Positions 29,671-39,268 of a stretch of 64,000 nucleotides of DNA are shown piece after piece. Position 1 is the stretch's first letter. Each line of letters begins with the position of its first letter. The stretch spans positions 38,436 to 102,435 of the forward strand of contig RFTN01000002.1 in the NCBI GenBank assembly GCA_009923445.1, given 5' to 3'. The stretch comes from a bacterium (GTDB lineage: Bacteria > Patescibacteriota > Saccharimonadia > Saccharimonadales > SZUA-47). The translations under genes were made by a program, and so were the position numbers. Under the pieces are notes generated by a model. That model saw nothing but the letters and a program-made list of their open reading frames with translations, was not told the DNA's origin and ran no database searches.

Positions 29671-31139
29671 TTGTTTAATTTGATTAGTGTACGACTAATG
29701 TTAAACGGCTTAGTGGTTTTACTAAAGCTGTATAAATATCGGTAAGTATTATCAAAATTTACGCTAAATAATTCGTTTGTTTCCATTAGTTGCTGTGTAT
29801 TTGCGCCATCGAAGTCAGTTATATATGCAAAGCCATTGCTAACATACTGTAGGTGCTTACCATCTGCCCAGCGTAGCTTTTGAGCACTAATAGGCTGCGC
29901 GATATCAAAACGTGATGATTTATTTTCTTCAAAATAGTAACTTGCTATTCGCTGACCACCTCTTGCCATAACGACGCTACCATCTGTTGAAAAAGATACT
30001 TCGCTCGGCTCATTTAAAGCAAACATAGCCACAGCTAAAGGTAAGGTTTTTGTGGGGTTTGATTTAAAATAACCAACAGGATTTTTAAAAATAGCAACTT
30101 TGTTGTCTTTTGTAGCACCGACAGCGACAGTAGTGTTTGAGCCGTACTTAGAAATTCCCAATAAATGTGGGCCATCTTGACTAATTTCTCGAACAAGATA
30201 ACTTTTTTCTAAGCCGTCAGTAATACGTACCTGGACCTTGCCTTGTGACGCCACGACGAGCGTTGTATACAGTATAGTATTTTCATTCAAAGTCCTAAAC
30301 TCTAGCACTTCAGTCAGTCGGGAGGTGAGTATACTAGTGGCAACTGTAGCGGTATTGAGCACCTTGGTTGCAGGATTATACACAAAAAAACGGTCGTTAC
30401 TCCGCTCACTTAAACTTATCACAACACCGGGAACGCCATAAAGGCGTGTTAGATTCTTTGCCAGTAGTGTATTGTCTTTGTTTAACAAAAAATAATCTTG
30501 CACAGCACCGTTATAGCGATTCTCTAGTAGCATCGTTTTATTGTCGTCTGACCACTCGCTTACCACCAAATAACCAATTTTGTTGGCGTCGACATACAGC
30601 GACGCATCGATGGCAATTGCTTTTGGTGCCTCTTCTGGTTGAGTTAAGTCATATAGGTAGAACTGTTTTGGCTGGTCTGCAAATGCAAGTGTTATCCAAC
30701 GTCTATCGGGACTTTGCGAAATATCAGAAGGCGCACTCGAAAACGTCTGCGCTATACTCGTACTAAGCTCTTTCGGAATAAGTCGTGCGTAATCAAGACG
30801 CTGCACAATACCGCCGTCAAGGGTGACTTGTTGATTCCAGTCACGGTAGTTATCTTTTTTAAAACTTACACTGTAAGCACCGCTTGGTAGCACCAGTTTG
30901 CCGGATGTCTTTGCGCGCTGCTGTTTGTCGTTTACATATACCCGAGCACCTTCGGGGTCGCTGTTAACAATAATTTGACCGTTTTGAATGAGACTACCCG
31001 TTTGTCTATCCACATAAAAACCGCTACCTATGTATACTAATATAACTGTTGCAAAAGCTATTGCAACCGCCATAAGCCCGTAGCCTACGAACAATCTTCT
31101 ACGAAGTGCGATTTTTTTCTTGGGGTCTAAATAATCCAT
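29667..31139 (-). CDS. PEGA-domain membrane-anchored protein with a probable beta-propeller-like C-terminal region
   Basis: N-terminal TM, then SDPEGARVYVNDKQQ...GAYSVSFKKDNY (PEGA). Its 3' end overlaps the sortase gene by 4 nt. Confidence 0.65.
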   Translation of the reverse strand: MDYLDPKKKIALRRRLFVGYGLMAVAIAFATVILVYIGSGFYVDRQTGSLIQNGQIIVNSDPEGARVYVNDKQQRAKTSGKLVLPSGAYSVSFKKDNYRDWNQQVTLDGGIVQRLDYARLIPKELSTSIAQTFSSAPSDISQSPDRRWITLAFADQPKQFYLYDLTQPEEAPKAIAIDASLYVDANKIGYLVVSEWSDDNKTMLLENRYNGAVQDYFLLNKDNTLLAKNLTRLYGVPGVVISLSERSNDRFFVYNPATKVLNTATVATSILTSRLTEVLEFRTLNENTILYTTLVVASQGKVQVRITDGLEKSYLVREISQDGPHLLGISKYGSNTTVAVGATKDNKVAIFKNPVGYFKSNPTKTLPLAVAMFALNEPSEVSFSTDGSVVMARGGQRIASYYFEENKSSRFDIAQPISAQKLRWADGKHLQYVSNGFAYITDFDGANTQQLMETNELFSVNFDNTYRYLYSFSKTTKPFNISRTLIKLNN

Positions 31140-31327
31140 GAGCTGTATGTATAAAAATATTTTTTTATTTTTGTATGTTTATGTATTTGATTATATCAGT
31201 TAGTAGCTTGTTTTGCACGTATATTTTAAGCCTAAGCTACTTGCAGGCAATAAGACAGTAGTGTACCATAACGTATAGACATAAAAGATATACAACACTT
31301 GTATTTTGTAGAGGGTAACAACAAACT

Positions 31328-32371
31328 GTGGGCACGCATACGAATGTTATAGAAATAAACGGCACAACCTACGATGCTGTGAGCGGTGTGGTTGTACGTT
31401 CACAAAATAGTACTACAGTAGTAGATGGTATTGTGCGTCGCTCAAAAGATACGCACACTCACCGACAAGTCGGTCACTCAGCCGTTAAATTACGCCCTAA
31501 ACCACAAAAATCCACTACTCTTATGCGTAGTGCTGTAAAAAAGCCACACACATTACATGTTTTAGATGTTCAAAAGCCTAAACCATCGGTTCCGTTGAGC
31601 GTTCATAATAAAAATACCATAGCAAAAAAATCTTACGATATACCAGAACAACGCAAGCAACGAGCTGAATTAGTTGTAAAAAGTGAGCAGATAAAAAAAT
31701 TCTCAGCAACACAATCGGGAGCTACGTCACATATAAATCTAACAGAGATACGTCCGACGCCACTATACGATAACTCAATCGAATATTCGCGACCTTCTCA
31801 TATTAAAAAAGCAGATCTACTCGAAAAAGCTATGCAGGCAGCACAGGGCCATAATGAACCTGCGTATAAGCACAAAGAGAAGTTGCACCATAAAATCGCA
31901 AAAAAAATCGGTATTAGTGGGCGGGCCGTAGCAATAACTTCGACCGTGCTCGCAGGCGTATTGGTTGGAGGGTTTTATGCGTATCAAAATGTGCCAAAGC
32001 TTGCCGTGCGCGTTGCATCAAATCGAGCTGGAATAAAAGCTAGCATACCAACGTATAGTCCGGCTGGCTTTTCAATTAATGGGCCCATTCAGTACAGATC
32101 AGGGCAGGTGGTAGTCGGCTTTAAGTCAAACATTGATGAACGCAACTATACGTTAACGCAGCAAAATACATCATGGTCAAGTGATACGCTGCTTGATAAC
32201 TTTTTGGTCAATAACAAAAAACAATACCAAACGTACCAAGACAAAGGCCGCACAATTTACATTTACGATACAAATAATGCAACCTGGATTGACGACGGTA
32301 TTTGGTACCAAATTGAGGGTCAATCGCAGCTGAGTAGCGACCAACTTGTGCGTATAGCTAGCAGTCTATAA
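31328..32371 (+). CDS. hypothetical single-pass membrane protein
   Basis: GTG start, a basic N-terminal half, a TM (AITSTVLAGVLVGGFYAY) and an extracytoplasmic C-terminal domain. Confidence 0.5.
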   Translation: MGTHTNVIEINGTTYDAVSGVVVRSQNSTTVVDGIVRRSKDTHTHRQVGHSAVKLRPKPQKSTTLMRSAVKKPHTLHVLDVQKPKPSVPLSVHNKNTIAKKSYDIPEQRKQRAELVVKSEQIKKFSATQSGATSHINLTEIRPTPLYDNSIEYSRPSHIKKADLLEKAMQAAQGHNEPAYKHKEKLHHKIAKKIGISGRAVAITSTVLAGVLVGGFYAYQNVPKLAVRVASNRAGIKASIPTYSPAGFSINGPIQYRSGQVVVGFKSNIDERNYTLTQQNTSWSSDTLLDNFLVNNKKQYQTYQDKGRTIYIYDTNNATWIDDGIWYQIEGQSQLSSDQLVRIASSL

Positions 32372-34039
32372 AACTTGTAATCGAGCCTTAACTCTCTTTA
32401 TACCCATGACTTGCATGATTGTATATAAATCAGGTGTGCGATCTTTGCCGGTCAGTTTTACGCGCAGAATTTTAGCAAAATCAGCTACATTACCCTTAAA
32501 AGCATTAGGGTCTGCCTTAAATGCTTTGTTATCTGTTGCAAAACCAGTCACCGTAGCAGCTTTTTTGAGCTTTTCGAACCAAGTCGGTTGATCATCGTCA
32601 GGATCGTAAGTAGCAAAAAACGCTTTGCAAACATCTGTTAAAGTGGTGGTATCGAAAGCTTCTAGCAACGCGCCTATTTGGGGTGCAAAATCAGCCTCAT
32701 ATAACTCATCAAAAAAATAGCCATACTGATCCGGACCGTCACTCCATTTAGCAATATCTTTACGCCGCTTATCGCCAAATCGTTCAATGGACAATACTGC
32801 GGTGAGGTACTGTTTATCGGCATTGTTTAGCGCTGCTCTGAATGCTTTGTTTGTAGAATGCTTTAATTCCGCTTCGAATTCTTCGATCGGCAAGCTAGCA
32901 ATGTATTCTTTGGTGTAGTCGTCTAATTTAGCCGTATCTAATAACGGAGCCCTACTAGCAGATAGTTTTTTTAAAGATATCCTGAAGTCTGCAAGCGGTT
33001 TGTTGGGATTTGCCCTATACCAATCCTCGAAACTACTATCGGCGAGCCCTAGAAGGTATGGTTTAATTCCTTCAATAGGGTACCCTTGATTTAACCAATA
33101 CTGTACGTCGGCCTCGGGGTCTTTGCGTTTACTGAGCTTGCGCTTTCCACCGCCATTACTATCCATAATGCTAATTGGTGCAAAATGAGCATAGCTATAA
33201 CGTGGAATGCCCAAAGCGTCACAAAGCTCAATATGCAGCGGTGTGCTTGGCAACCATTCGTCACCACGCAATACAAAAGTAGTTTTCATTAAATAATCAT
33301 CGACTACATGCGCCAGATGATATGTTGGCAGTTGCGACCCGTCGGCCTTAATTAATGGTACGTCTAAATCGTTTTCGGGCAGTTCAAGGTGACCCTTGAG
33401 CACATCGTCAAATCCGACTCGCTTGTCGTGGCTGCCATTCGATTTAAAGCGCAATACGAATGGCATGCCAGCATCTAGCTGTGCGGCAATTTCTTGGTCA
33501 GACCTATCTCGCCAGAGCGCCCACTTACCGTAATAGCCTGGGCGTACTTTAGCTGCTTGCTGTGCTGTATAGCTGGCATCCAATTCCTCTTTTGTAGCAA
33601 AACAAGGGTAGGCGCGACCTTTTTGCAGCAAATCGACTGCATAACTTAAATACAATTCACGACGCTGACTCTGTAAGTAGGGACCATACGCACCGTAGCT
33701 ACTGCCATCGGCTTTAACACCTTCGTCGGGCACTAAATCGAATGCATTTAATGCAGCTACGATTTGCGCTATACCGTCTGTAATTTCTCGCTTTTTGTCA
33801 GTATCTTCGATGCGCAGCATATAAACACCGCCGGTTTGACGTGCCAAATACTGATTTAATAGGCACATGTATATGGTGCCAATATGCAAAAAGCCAGTTG
33901 GGCTAGGTGCGCTGCGGGTAACAATTGCGTCTGCTGCTAAGCCGCGTGGTGGGTATGAAGCCTCAATGTCTTGGCGAGACCGTAGCGTGACATCGCTTAG
34001 TAATAGGCTTTGTATTCGGTCAATTGTTTGCTGATTCAT
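32366..34039 (-). CDS. gltX: glutamate--tRNA ligase
   Basis: Class I HIGH motif (APSPTGFLHIGT), RIEDTD and KMSKS-type KLSKRK. Confidence 0.9.
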   Translation of the reverse strand: MNQQTIDRIQSLLLSDVTLRSRQDIEASYPPRGLAADAIVTRSAPSPTGFLHIGTIYMCLLNQYLARQTGGVYMLRIEDTDKKREITDGIAQIVAALNAFDLVPDEGVKADGSSYGAYGPYLQSQRRELYLSYAVDLLQKGRAYPCFATKEELDASYTAQQAAKVRPGYYGKWALWRDRSDQEIAAQLDAGMPFVLRFKSNGSHDKRVGFDDVLKGHLELPENDLDVPLIKADGSQLPTYHLAHVVDDYLMKTTFVLRGDEWLPSTPLHIELCDALGIPRYSYAHFAPISIMDSNGGGKRKLSKRKDPEADVQYWLNQGYPIEGIKPYLLGLADSSFEDWYRANPNKPLADFRISLKKLSASRAPLLDTAKLDDYTKEYIASLPIEEFEAELKHSTNKAFRAALNNADKQYLTAVLSIERFGDKRRKDIAKWSDGPDQYGYFFDELYEADFAPQIGALLEAFDTTTLTDVCKAFFATYDPDDDQPTWFEKLKKAATVTGFATDNKAFKADPNAFKGNVADFAKILRVKLTGKDRTPDLYTIMQVMGIKRVKARLQVL

Positions 34040-34118
34040 GAGTGGTATTTTAGCACTTTTTGTATCTGTTTGTAATCATGCCAAATATTCTGTACACTTA
34101 AACGTAAGCGACTTACCT

Positions 34119-35366
34119 ATGGATGATATGTTTATTGCACCAAAAAAGAAACCGTCGAAATTAGTCTTTCGACGCAAGCAGCCGGCGCAGATCGACACTC
34201 CTACTGAGCCGGTTGTTGCGCCCCCTAAAATAGATGCAAATCAAAAACAAGATTCAAAGCCAGAACCCCCTAAAGTATCACCACCTAAAAAAGCGAACTG
34301 GTTTAAACGAACACCGTTAAAAAAGAAACTATTCATCGCGATACCTATAGCCGTATTACTCGTGAGCGGTGGGGCTGTGTTCGCGCTACGACCTCGTAAA
34401 CAACCAGTACCAACGCCAGCACCTGTTGTTGAAAAAATAGAGGAACCCCCAAAGCCAACAACCGTCGCTAGCTCACTAACGGGCGTACAAATAAGTCCAG
34501 AGTTAAACAATCGCGGGGTAACGGCAGTTATGATAGAAAATAGCATCGACGCTCGGCCACAATCGGGACTAATAGACGCAGGACTGGTTTTTGAAGCAAT
34601 AGCCGAGGGTGGCATTACGCGCTTTGTGGCACTTTATCAAGAATCACAGCCTGACTATATAGGACCCGTACGGAGCGCGCGACCCTATTATATAGATTGG
34701 ATACTACCATATGACCCAACGTATGCCCATGCAGGCGGTAGTCCAGAAGCGCTCCAAATGATACAGAATCTTGGCATGAAAGACATGGACCACGGAGCCA
34801 ACGGGTCAGCCTATCAGCGTGTGTCTAACAGGTATGCGCCGCATAATTTATATACCTCTATGGCTAACCTTGACGCAATACGCAACAAAAATAACTGGGC
34901 TGGCAAGCCTTTTAGTGGCTTTATGCGTAAGCCAGACCAAGCAGTTGCTACAAAAACAGCCACCGCAATAGATTTGCAAATATCGAGCGCGTTGTTTAAT
35001 GTGCACTACGATTACGATGCAGCCTCGAATAGTTATTTACGTAGCGAGGGTGGCAGACCGCACGTCGACGAAAAAACCGCAAAGCAACTGCAACCTAAAG
35101 TTGTTGTTGCATTAATAGTTCCATACAGCATTCACCCCGATGGTATACACAGCAAGTACCAAACTATCGGCAGCGGGCAAGCTCTAGTTTTTCAAGACGG
35201 TAACATGCAGGAAGCAACCTGGACTAAAGCATCTCAAAATTCTATGATTACGTTTACAGATGCGGGGGGTAGGGTATTGGCGCTCAATGCCGGTCAAACA
35301 TGGGTCACCGCAGTCGGTGATCGTGGCATGGTGACCTTTGTAGCTCAGCCGGTTACACCTCAGTAG
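34119..35366 (+). CDS. DUF3048-family secreted/membrane-anchored protein (YerB-like)
   Basis: TM plus Pro-rich linker, then VMIENSIDARPQSGLIDAGLVFEAIAEGGITRFVALY. I moved the start to ATG 34119 because the track's 34038 start overlaps the divergent gltX start. Confidence 0.65.
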   Translation: MDDMFIAPKKKPSKLVFRRKQPAQIDTPTEPVVAPPKIDANQKQDSKPEPPKVSPPKKANWFKRTPLKKKLFIAIPIAVLLVSGGAVFALRPRKQPVPTPAPVVEKIEEPPKPTTVASSLTGVQISPELNNRGVTAVMIENSIDARPQSGLIDAGLVFEAIAEGGITRFVALYQESQPDYIGPVRSARPYYIDWILPYDPTYAHAGGSPEALQMIQNLGMKDMDHGANGSAYQRVSNRYAPHNLYTSMANLDAIRNKNNWAGKPFSGFMRKPDQAVATKTATAIDLQISSALFNVHYDYDAASNSYLRSEGGRPHVDEKTAKQLQPKVVVALIVPYSIHPDGIHSKYQTIGSGQALVFQDGNMQEATWTKASQNSMITFTDAGGRVLALNAGQTWVTAVGDRGMVTFVAQPVTPQ

Positions 35367-35368
35367 CT

Positions 35369-36904
35369 ATGGATACATACAAGGTACTTACCAACAAGGC
35401 CGTAGCGCGCATTTTTTGGCTTTATAGCGCCAATGCATTCGTTATTATTGGGTTATGGCTTGCACTTGCATATTATGGTGTATCGAGCACAATATCACTC
35501 GCTGTTATGCTTAGCGTTTTACTTGTTTTATTGCTATTAAGCTCTTACTGGGTGGTGAACTTTACTATGAAGCCACTTGCTTATGTGCGCCAAGGCATAC
35601 TCCATGTAAGCAGCAACACATCACGGCTGTCTGCGCCGCAAGTAGAAGAGCTTCAATTTGGTCGTGAGCTTGCAACACAGCTGCTCGGCAACGTCTACAC
35701 AATGGCTGCCCAAACAACACATACAACCAGACAACAACAAGCGACGACCGAAGTAGCCTACGACCAAACATTCCTTAATGCATTACCCACGCCCGTATTC
35801 ACTGTTACAGGTTCTGGCGTACTCCATTATATAAACGACGCTGGTTTATTATTTTTAGGGCAACCCATTACCGCCAGAGCAGAGCTACAAAACAAGAATA
35901 TTTATGACGTGCTAAACCTAACATTTCCAAACGAAGCTACCTACGAAACATGGCTACAAAACGCTCGTAGTAAGGTATTAAAAGCAACAATAAGTTGGGA
36001 GCGAGTTCGACTAGTCGATGCTAATAACACACCTATAAAGCAATTTGATATGGCGGCAAGCTATAGCAAAGCAGGTGGCGAAATTGAATCGATCATCACT
36101 ATATTTGATCATAGTGATTTGTATAATAAAGATGATCAAGAGATTAGTTTTGTAGCAATGGCGGTACATGAGCTGCGTACCCCCCTTACGGTAATGCGTG
36201 GCTATATTGAGGTGTTCGAGGACGAGCTCGGCCCAACTCTCAGCCCTGAGCTAAAAGACTTTATGCATAAAATGAATGCGAGCGCACAGCAGTTAACAGC
36301 ATTTGTAAGTAACATACTAAATGTCGCACGAGTAGAAGAAAACCAGCTTCTGCTTACCTTACAAAAACATAATTTAAAAGAAATTATGGTTAGTGCCGTC
36401 AGCGACTTGCAGTTGCGTGCAGCGGTACACGGCAAGCACATTGAGTTATCAGTGCCAGATACTATACCAGATGTAGCAGTTGACCGAATTAGTTTGCACG
36501 AGGTCATAAACAACTTGGTAGATAATGCAATTAAATACAGTGATAAAAGCGATAAAATTATAATTTCGGCGCACACCGAGTCTGGCATGGTGCAAATAGA
36601 CGTACAAGATTTTGGACTCGGCATACCCGATTCGGTAGTACCAAAACTTTTTGATAAATTTTATCGTAGCCACCGCAGTAAAGTACAGATAGGCGGTACG
36701 GGTTTAGGCCTTTACTTATGCAAGGCAATTGTTACTGCACTAGGTGGCAACATTTGGGTACATACAAAAGAAGGTGCAGGTAGCACATTTAGCTTCACTA
36801 TCGAACCGTACAGCGAAGACAAACATGCAGCTGGCGCAAGCCAAGATGGTATCATGAGAGGAGCACATGGCTGGATTAAGAACCATTCTATGTACCGAAG
36901 GTAA
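35369..36904 (+). CDS. membrane-bound sensor histidine kinase
   Basis: Two N-terminal TM helices, H-box FVAMAVHELRTPLT, N-box NNLVDNAIKYS, G-boxes DFGLGIP / GGTGLGLYLCK. Confidence 0.85.
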   Translation: MDTYKVLTNKAVARIFWLYSANAFVIIGLWLALAYYGVSSTISLAVMLSVLLVLLLLSSYWVVNFTMKPLAYVRQGILHVSSNTSRLSAPQVEELQFGRELATQLLGNVYTMAAQTTHTTRQQQATTEVAYDQTFLNALPTPVFTVTGSGVLHYINDAGLLFLGQPITARAELQNKNIYDVLNLTFPNEATYETWLQNARSKVLKATISWERVRLVDANNTPIKQFDMAASYSKAGGEIESIITIFDHSDLYNKDDQEISFVAMAVHELRTPLTVMRGYIEVFEDELGPTLSPELKDFMHKMNASAQQLTAFVSNILNVARVEENQLLLTLQKHNLKEIMVSAVSDLQLRAAVHGKHIELSVPDTIPDVAVDRISLHEVINNLVDNAIKYSDKSDKIIISAHTESGMVQIDVQDFGLGIPDSVVPKLFDKFYRSHRSKVQIGGTGLGLYLCKAIVTALGGNIWVHTKEGAGSTFSFTIEPYSEDKHAAGASQDGIMRGAHGWIKNHSMYRR

Positions 36905-36909
36905 ACACT

Positions 36910-37290
36910 ATGGATAAAAAACCGAACTTACTGTGTATAGAAGACGAAAACTTTATTGGCGAACTTTATACGCGTGCACTAACCCATGCAGGGTATGACG
37001 TAAAAGTTATAGCAGATGGGGAAGCTGCATTGGCCGAATCATTAACAAACGCATACGATATTATATTGCTCGATATTATGCTGCCGAGTATGAGTGGTGT
37101 AGAAATACTACGGCGCCTAAAAGACCAATCACAAACTCCGCCACTAAAGGCTAAAATTATAATTACAACCAATTTAGACCAAGAAGAATCAACCCGCGAA
37201 AAAATTGAAAAAATGGCAGATGGCTACTTGGTTAAAGCCGAAATTACACCTCGTGAACTTGTAGCTTATTTACAGCAAATCAAACTGTAG
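36910..37290 (+). CDS. stand-alone receiver-domain response regulator (no output domain)
   Basis: LLCIEDE, DIILLDIMLPSMSGVEILRRLK, and a conserved Lys in ADGYLVKAEI. Only 126 aa. Confidence 0.85.
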   Translation: MDKKPNLLCIEDENFIGELYTRALTHAGYDVKVIADGEAALAESLTNAYDIILLDIMLPSMSGVEILRRLKDQSQTPPLKAKIIITTNLDQEESTREKIEKMADGYLVKAEITPRELVAYLQQIKL

Positions 37291-37612
37291 TTTGTGTAAT
37301 TATATCTTGTAAATTAGCCCTATAAAATACAACAAAATGCTTATGTACACGCCAACTGCTGCAGGTATATACTTAGTACAGCTATGAGGGCACTGGTGGG
37401 AATCCCAATTTTTGCACTCAAGCTTTACACTGAGTTTTAAACTCTAAAAAGCACTCTAGAGATACCAATCTCTACATATACAAGTGTCTAGTCATGAACA
37501 TGCAGCAGAACGGTTGCTATTGTTTTATCTAGCTACTCCTCAAACATAAATCCGTTCCAACTAACAGATTTAGTTGTCTATTAACTGCTACTTAAAATTT
37601 GAGGAGATGTAT

Positions 37613-37855
37613 ATGCATCAAGAGATTTATGTCACAAGTTTTTACTTTGCAAAAGGCAACACCAAAAAGAGCTATCCGCGCCGCATAGAGACCAGCGAAG
37701 GCAAACAAATAAACTTTATAGAAGAAGGCTTACGCTGTGTCGTTCAAAAAGGCCAAGAATTGATTGAAATTTTTACAATGAGTGATGGCCAGATAACTTA
37801 TCGTATTGGCCATCAGCAACGTGGAAACGAATGGTTGCTATTAAGCACGCAATAA
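37613..37855 (+). CDS. hypothetical small protein
   Basis: GAGGAG SD at 37601-37606, then ATG 37607/37613 (MHQEIYVTSF...). Confidence 0.45.
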   Translation: MHQEIYVTSFYFAKGNTKKSYPRRIETSEGKQINFIEEGLRCVVQKGQELIEIFTMSDGQITYRIGHQQRGNEWLLLSTQ

Positions 37856-37890
37856 TTTGAATAATTCTAAGTTTGTTGTATAATATAGTC

Positions 37891-38214
37891 ATGCTTTACG
37901 TACCCGAATTACCCAACCAACACTGCAAAGAAGCAGCAATAACGCAGCTTTTTTTGTACAATACAGCGTTAGACATCGAGAAAATGCTTGGGAACGGAAT
38001 TGATGCGTCAACCGGTGAGCCAATTACCGAACAACAAATTATCGGTAGACAAATGCGCCTTAACATTGCTAGCAAATACCTATCGAGCGCCGTTAGTGAA
38101 TGTATGAGTTGCCAAGTATACAAAGATAGTGATACAAATGGCTGTCCAAACGACATTAAAACAGATGATCAACAGCAGCCATTGTTTGGTTTTATACGCA
38201 CCATATTGCTCTAA
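37891..38214 (+). CDS. hypothetical small protein
   Basis: ATG 37891 lies 6 nt after TATAAT (37879-37884). The track's TTG 37873 start lies inside the promoter. Confidence 0.45.
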   Translation: MLYVPELPNQHCKEAAITQLFLYNTALDIEKMLGNGIDASTGEPITEQQIIGRQMRLNIASKYLSSAVSECMSCQVYKDSDTNGCPNDIKTDDQQQPLFGFIRTILL

Positions 38215-38228
38215 ACATAAAATGCATT

Positions 38229-38651
38229 TTACGAACGTGGCAACGGACACAGCTTAACGACTAGCGCAAGAGCATCTATGTGGGTGTATAAACCACTTGA
38301 TGCAAATTCTAATACCGCTGCTCCTACTGGGTTAACTGATGTATTGCTACTTTTAAGTAAATCTACTTTATCGTTTATATCGTTTGCAGAGGCAACACCA
38401 ATTGACCACACCTTGCTAAAATCTAGGGTTATGCGTTGCAGCGGTACAGAAACTGCAATTATAGGTATGCTTTGTTCTGGGTTTTGGGGTGTACCAATCC
38501 AGTAGGCTGCTTTATTACCGTTAAGGGTTGGGGCGGGGTATGCCTTGTCAGGTATTTTGTAGGCATTACAGTATGAGTTGAGGTCGCCAACAGCAAAACG
38601 GCGTAGTAGTGGCCTAAAATGCGGATCATATGTTTCGATGCTGTGATTCAC
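38229..38651 (-). CDS. hypothetical protein
   Basis: 140-aa ORF with no recognisable motif. Confidence 0.45.
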   Translation of the reverse strand: MNHSIETYDPHFRPLLRRFAVGDLNSYCNAYKIPDKAYPAPTLNGNKAAYWIGTPQNPEQSIPIIAVSVPLQRITLDFSKVWSIGVASANDINDKVDLLKSSNTSVNPVGAAVLEFASSGLYTHIDALALVVKLCPLPRS

Positions 38652-38744
38652 TTTAAAATTACATTACAGCAACAAATAAAATATGCAAACTATAATCTAC
38701 CGATAAAATGTGGTAAAATTGTGCGAAGTCTACCACCTAAGCAA

Positions 38745-38798
38745 GGTCCCGTCGTCTAGCGGTTAGGACATCTGGTTCTCATCCAGAAGATCGCGGGT
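38745..38798 (+). pseudogene. 5' 54 nt of tRNA-Glu(CUC) (acceptor 5' strand through the 5' half of the T arm), lacking a 3' partner
   Basis: 54/54 identical to 38919-38972. It is followed by unrelated hairpin-rich sequence instead of the T-loop. Confidence 0.8.
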
Positions 38799-38918
38799 GA
38801 AGCTTGCCGGTGGCAAGCTGCAAGGCAACCTTCCGACGAAAACTTGTTTTCGATAGCGAAGTTGCGGGGTCGCCGAAGGTGACCGAGTCTTGAGTCGAAC
38901 CTTTATAATATAAACTAT

Positions 38919-38994
38919 GGTCCCGTCGTCTAGCGGTTAGGACATCTGGTTCTCATCCAGAAGATCGCGGGTTCGAGTCCCGCCGGGATCACCA
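38919..38994 (+). tRNA. tRNA-Glu(CUC), CCA encoded
   Basis: I folded it by hand. Acceptor GGTCCCG/CGGGATC (one G-U pair), D arm GTCT-AGCGGTTA-GGAC, anticodon arm TCTGG-TTCTCAT-CCAGA, T arm GCGGG-TTCGAGT-CCCGC, ACCA. TATAAT at 38904-38909 lies 9 nt upstream. Confidence 0.9.
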
Positions 38995-39002
38995 AACTAA
39001 GA

Positions 39003-39029
39003 ATTTCACCGATAGTGTGGAATTTTTTT
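39003..39029 (+). terminator. intrinsic terminator after tRNA-Glu
   Basis: aatttcac / gtggaatt stem (one G-U pair) followed by a T7 run. Confidence 0.6.
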
Positions 39030-39130
39030 GTTTGGTCAACACTTGGCAGGCGGGACGAGAACGGTTGTGCCGGTGGCACAAGCTGGTCTCAACGCCCCTA
39101 GACAATACGTAAGGATTGACGTGGGGTTGC

Positions 39131-39145
39131 TTGGTCAAAATGAAT
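39131..39145 (+). repeat. 15-nt direct repeat ttggtcaaaatgaat (left copy)
   Basis: Identical to 44743-44757. The 8-nt core ttggtcaa also occurs at 39032-39039. Confidence 0.5.
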
Positions 39146-39168
39146 ATTTTTACATTTTGACTGCAAGG

Positions 39169-39190
39169 CGAGTCCCGCCGGGATCACCAA
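39169..39190 (+). repeat. 22-nt duplicate of the tRNA-Glu 3' end (T-loop nt 56 to CCA plus 1)
   Basis: cgagtcccgccgggatcaccaa is identical to 38974-38995. A 9-bp hairpin follows at 39209-39233. Confidence 0.8.
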
Positions 39191-39268
39191 GTTAGATAAA
39201 AGATTGAAATTAGGCTGATTTTTCCAGCCTAATCTTATTCGTGGAACACCTATAGTAGTTTTTTACTC

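Noticed and set aside
38799-39168. The 370-nt interruption of the outer tRNA-Glu as a self-splicing (group I) intron
   Set aside because: Bacterial tRNA group I introns sit in the anticodon loop, not the T-loop. The insert contains a promoter, a whole tRNA and a terminator. Joining the outer halves would leave a 6-nt T-loop, one nt short.
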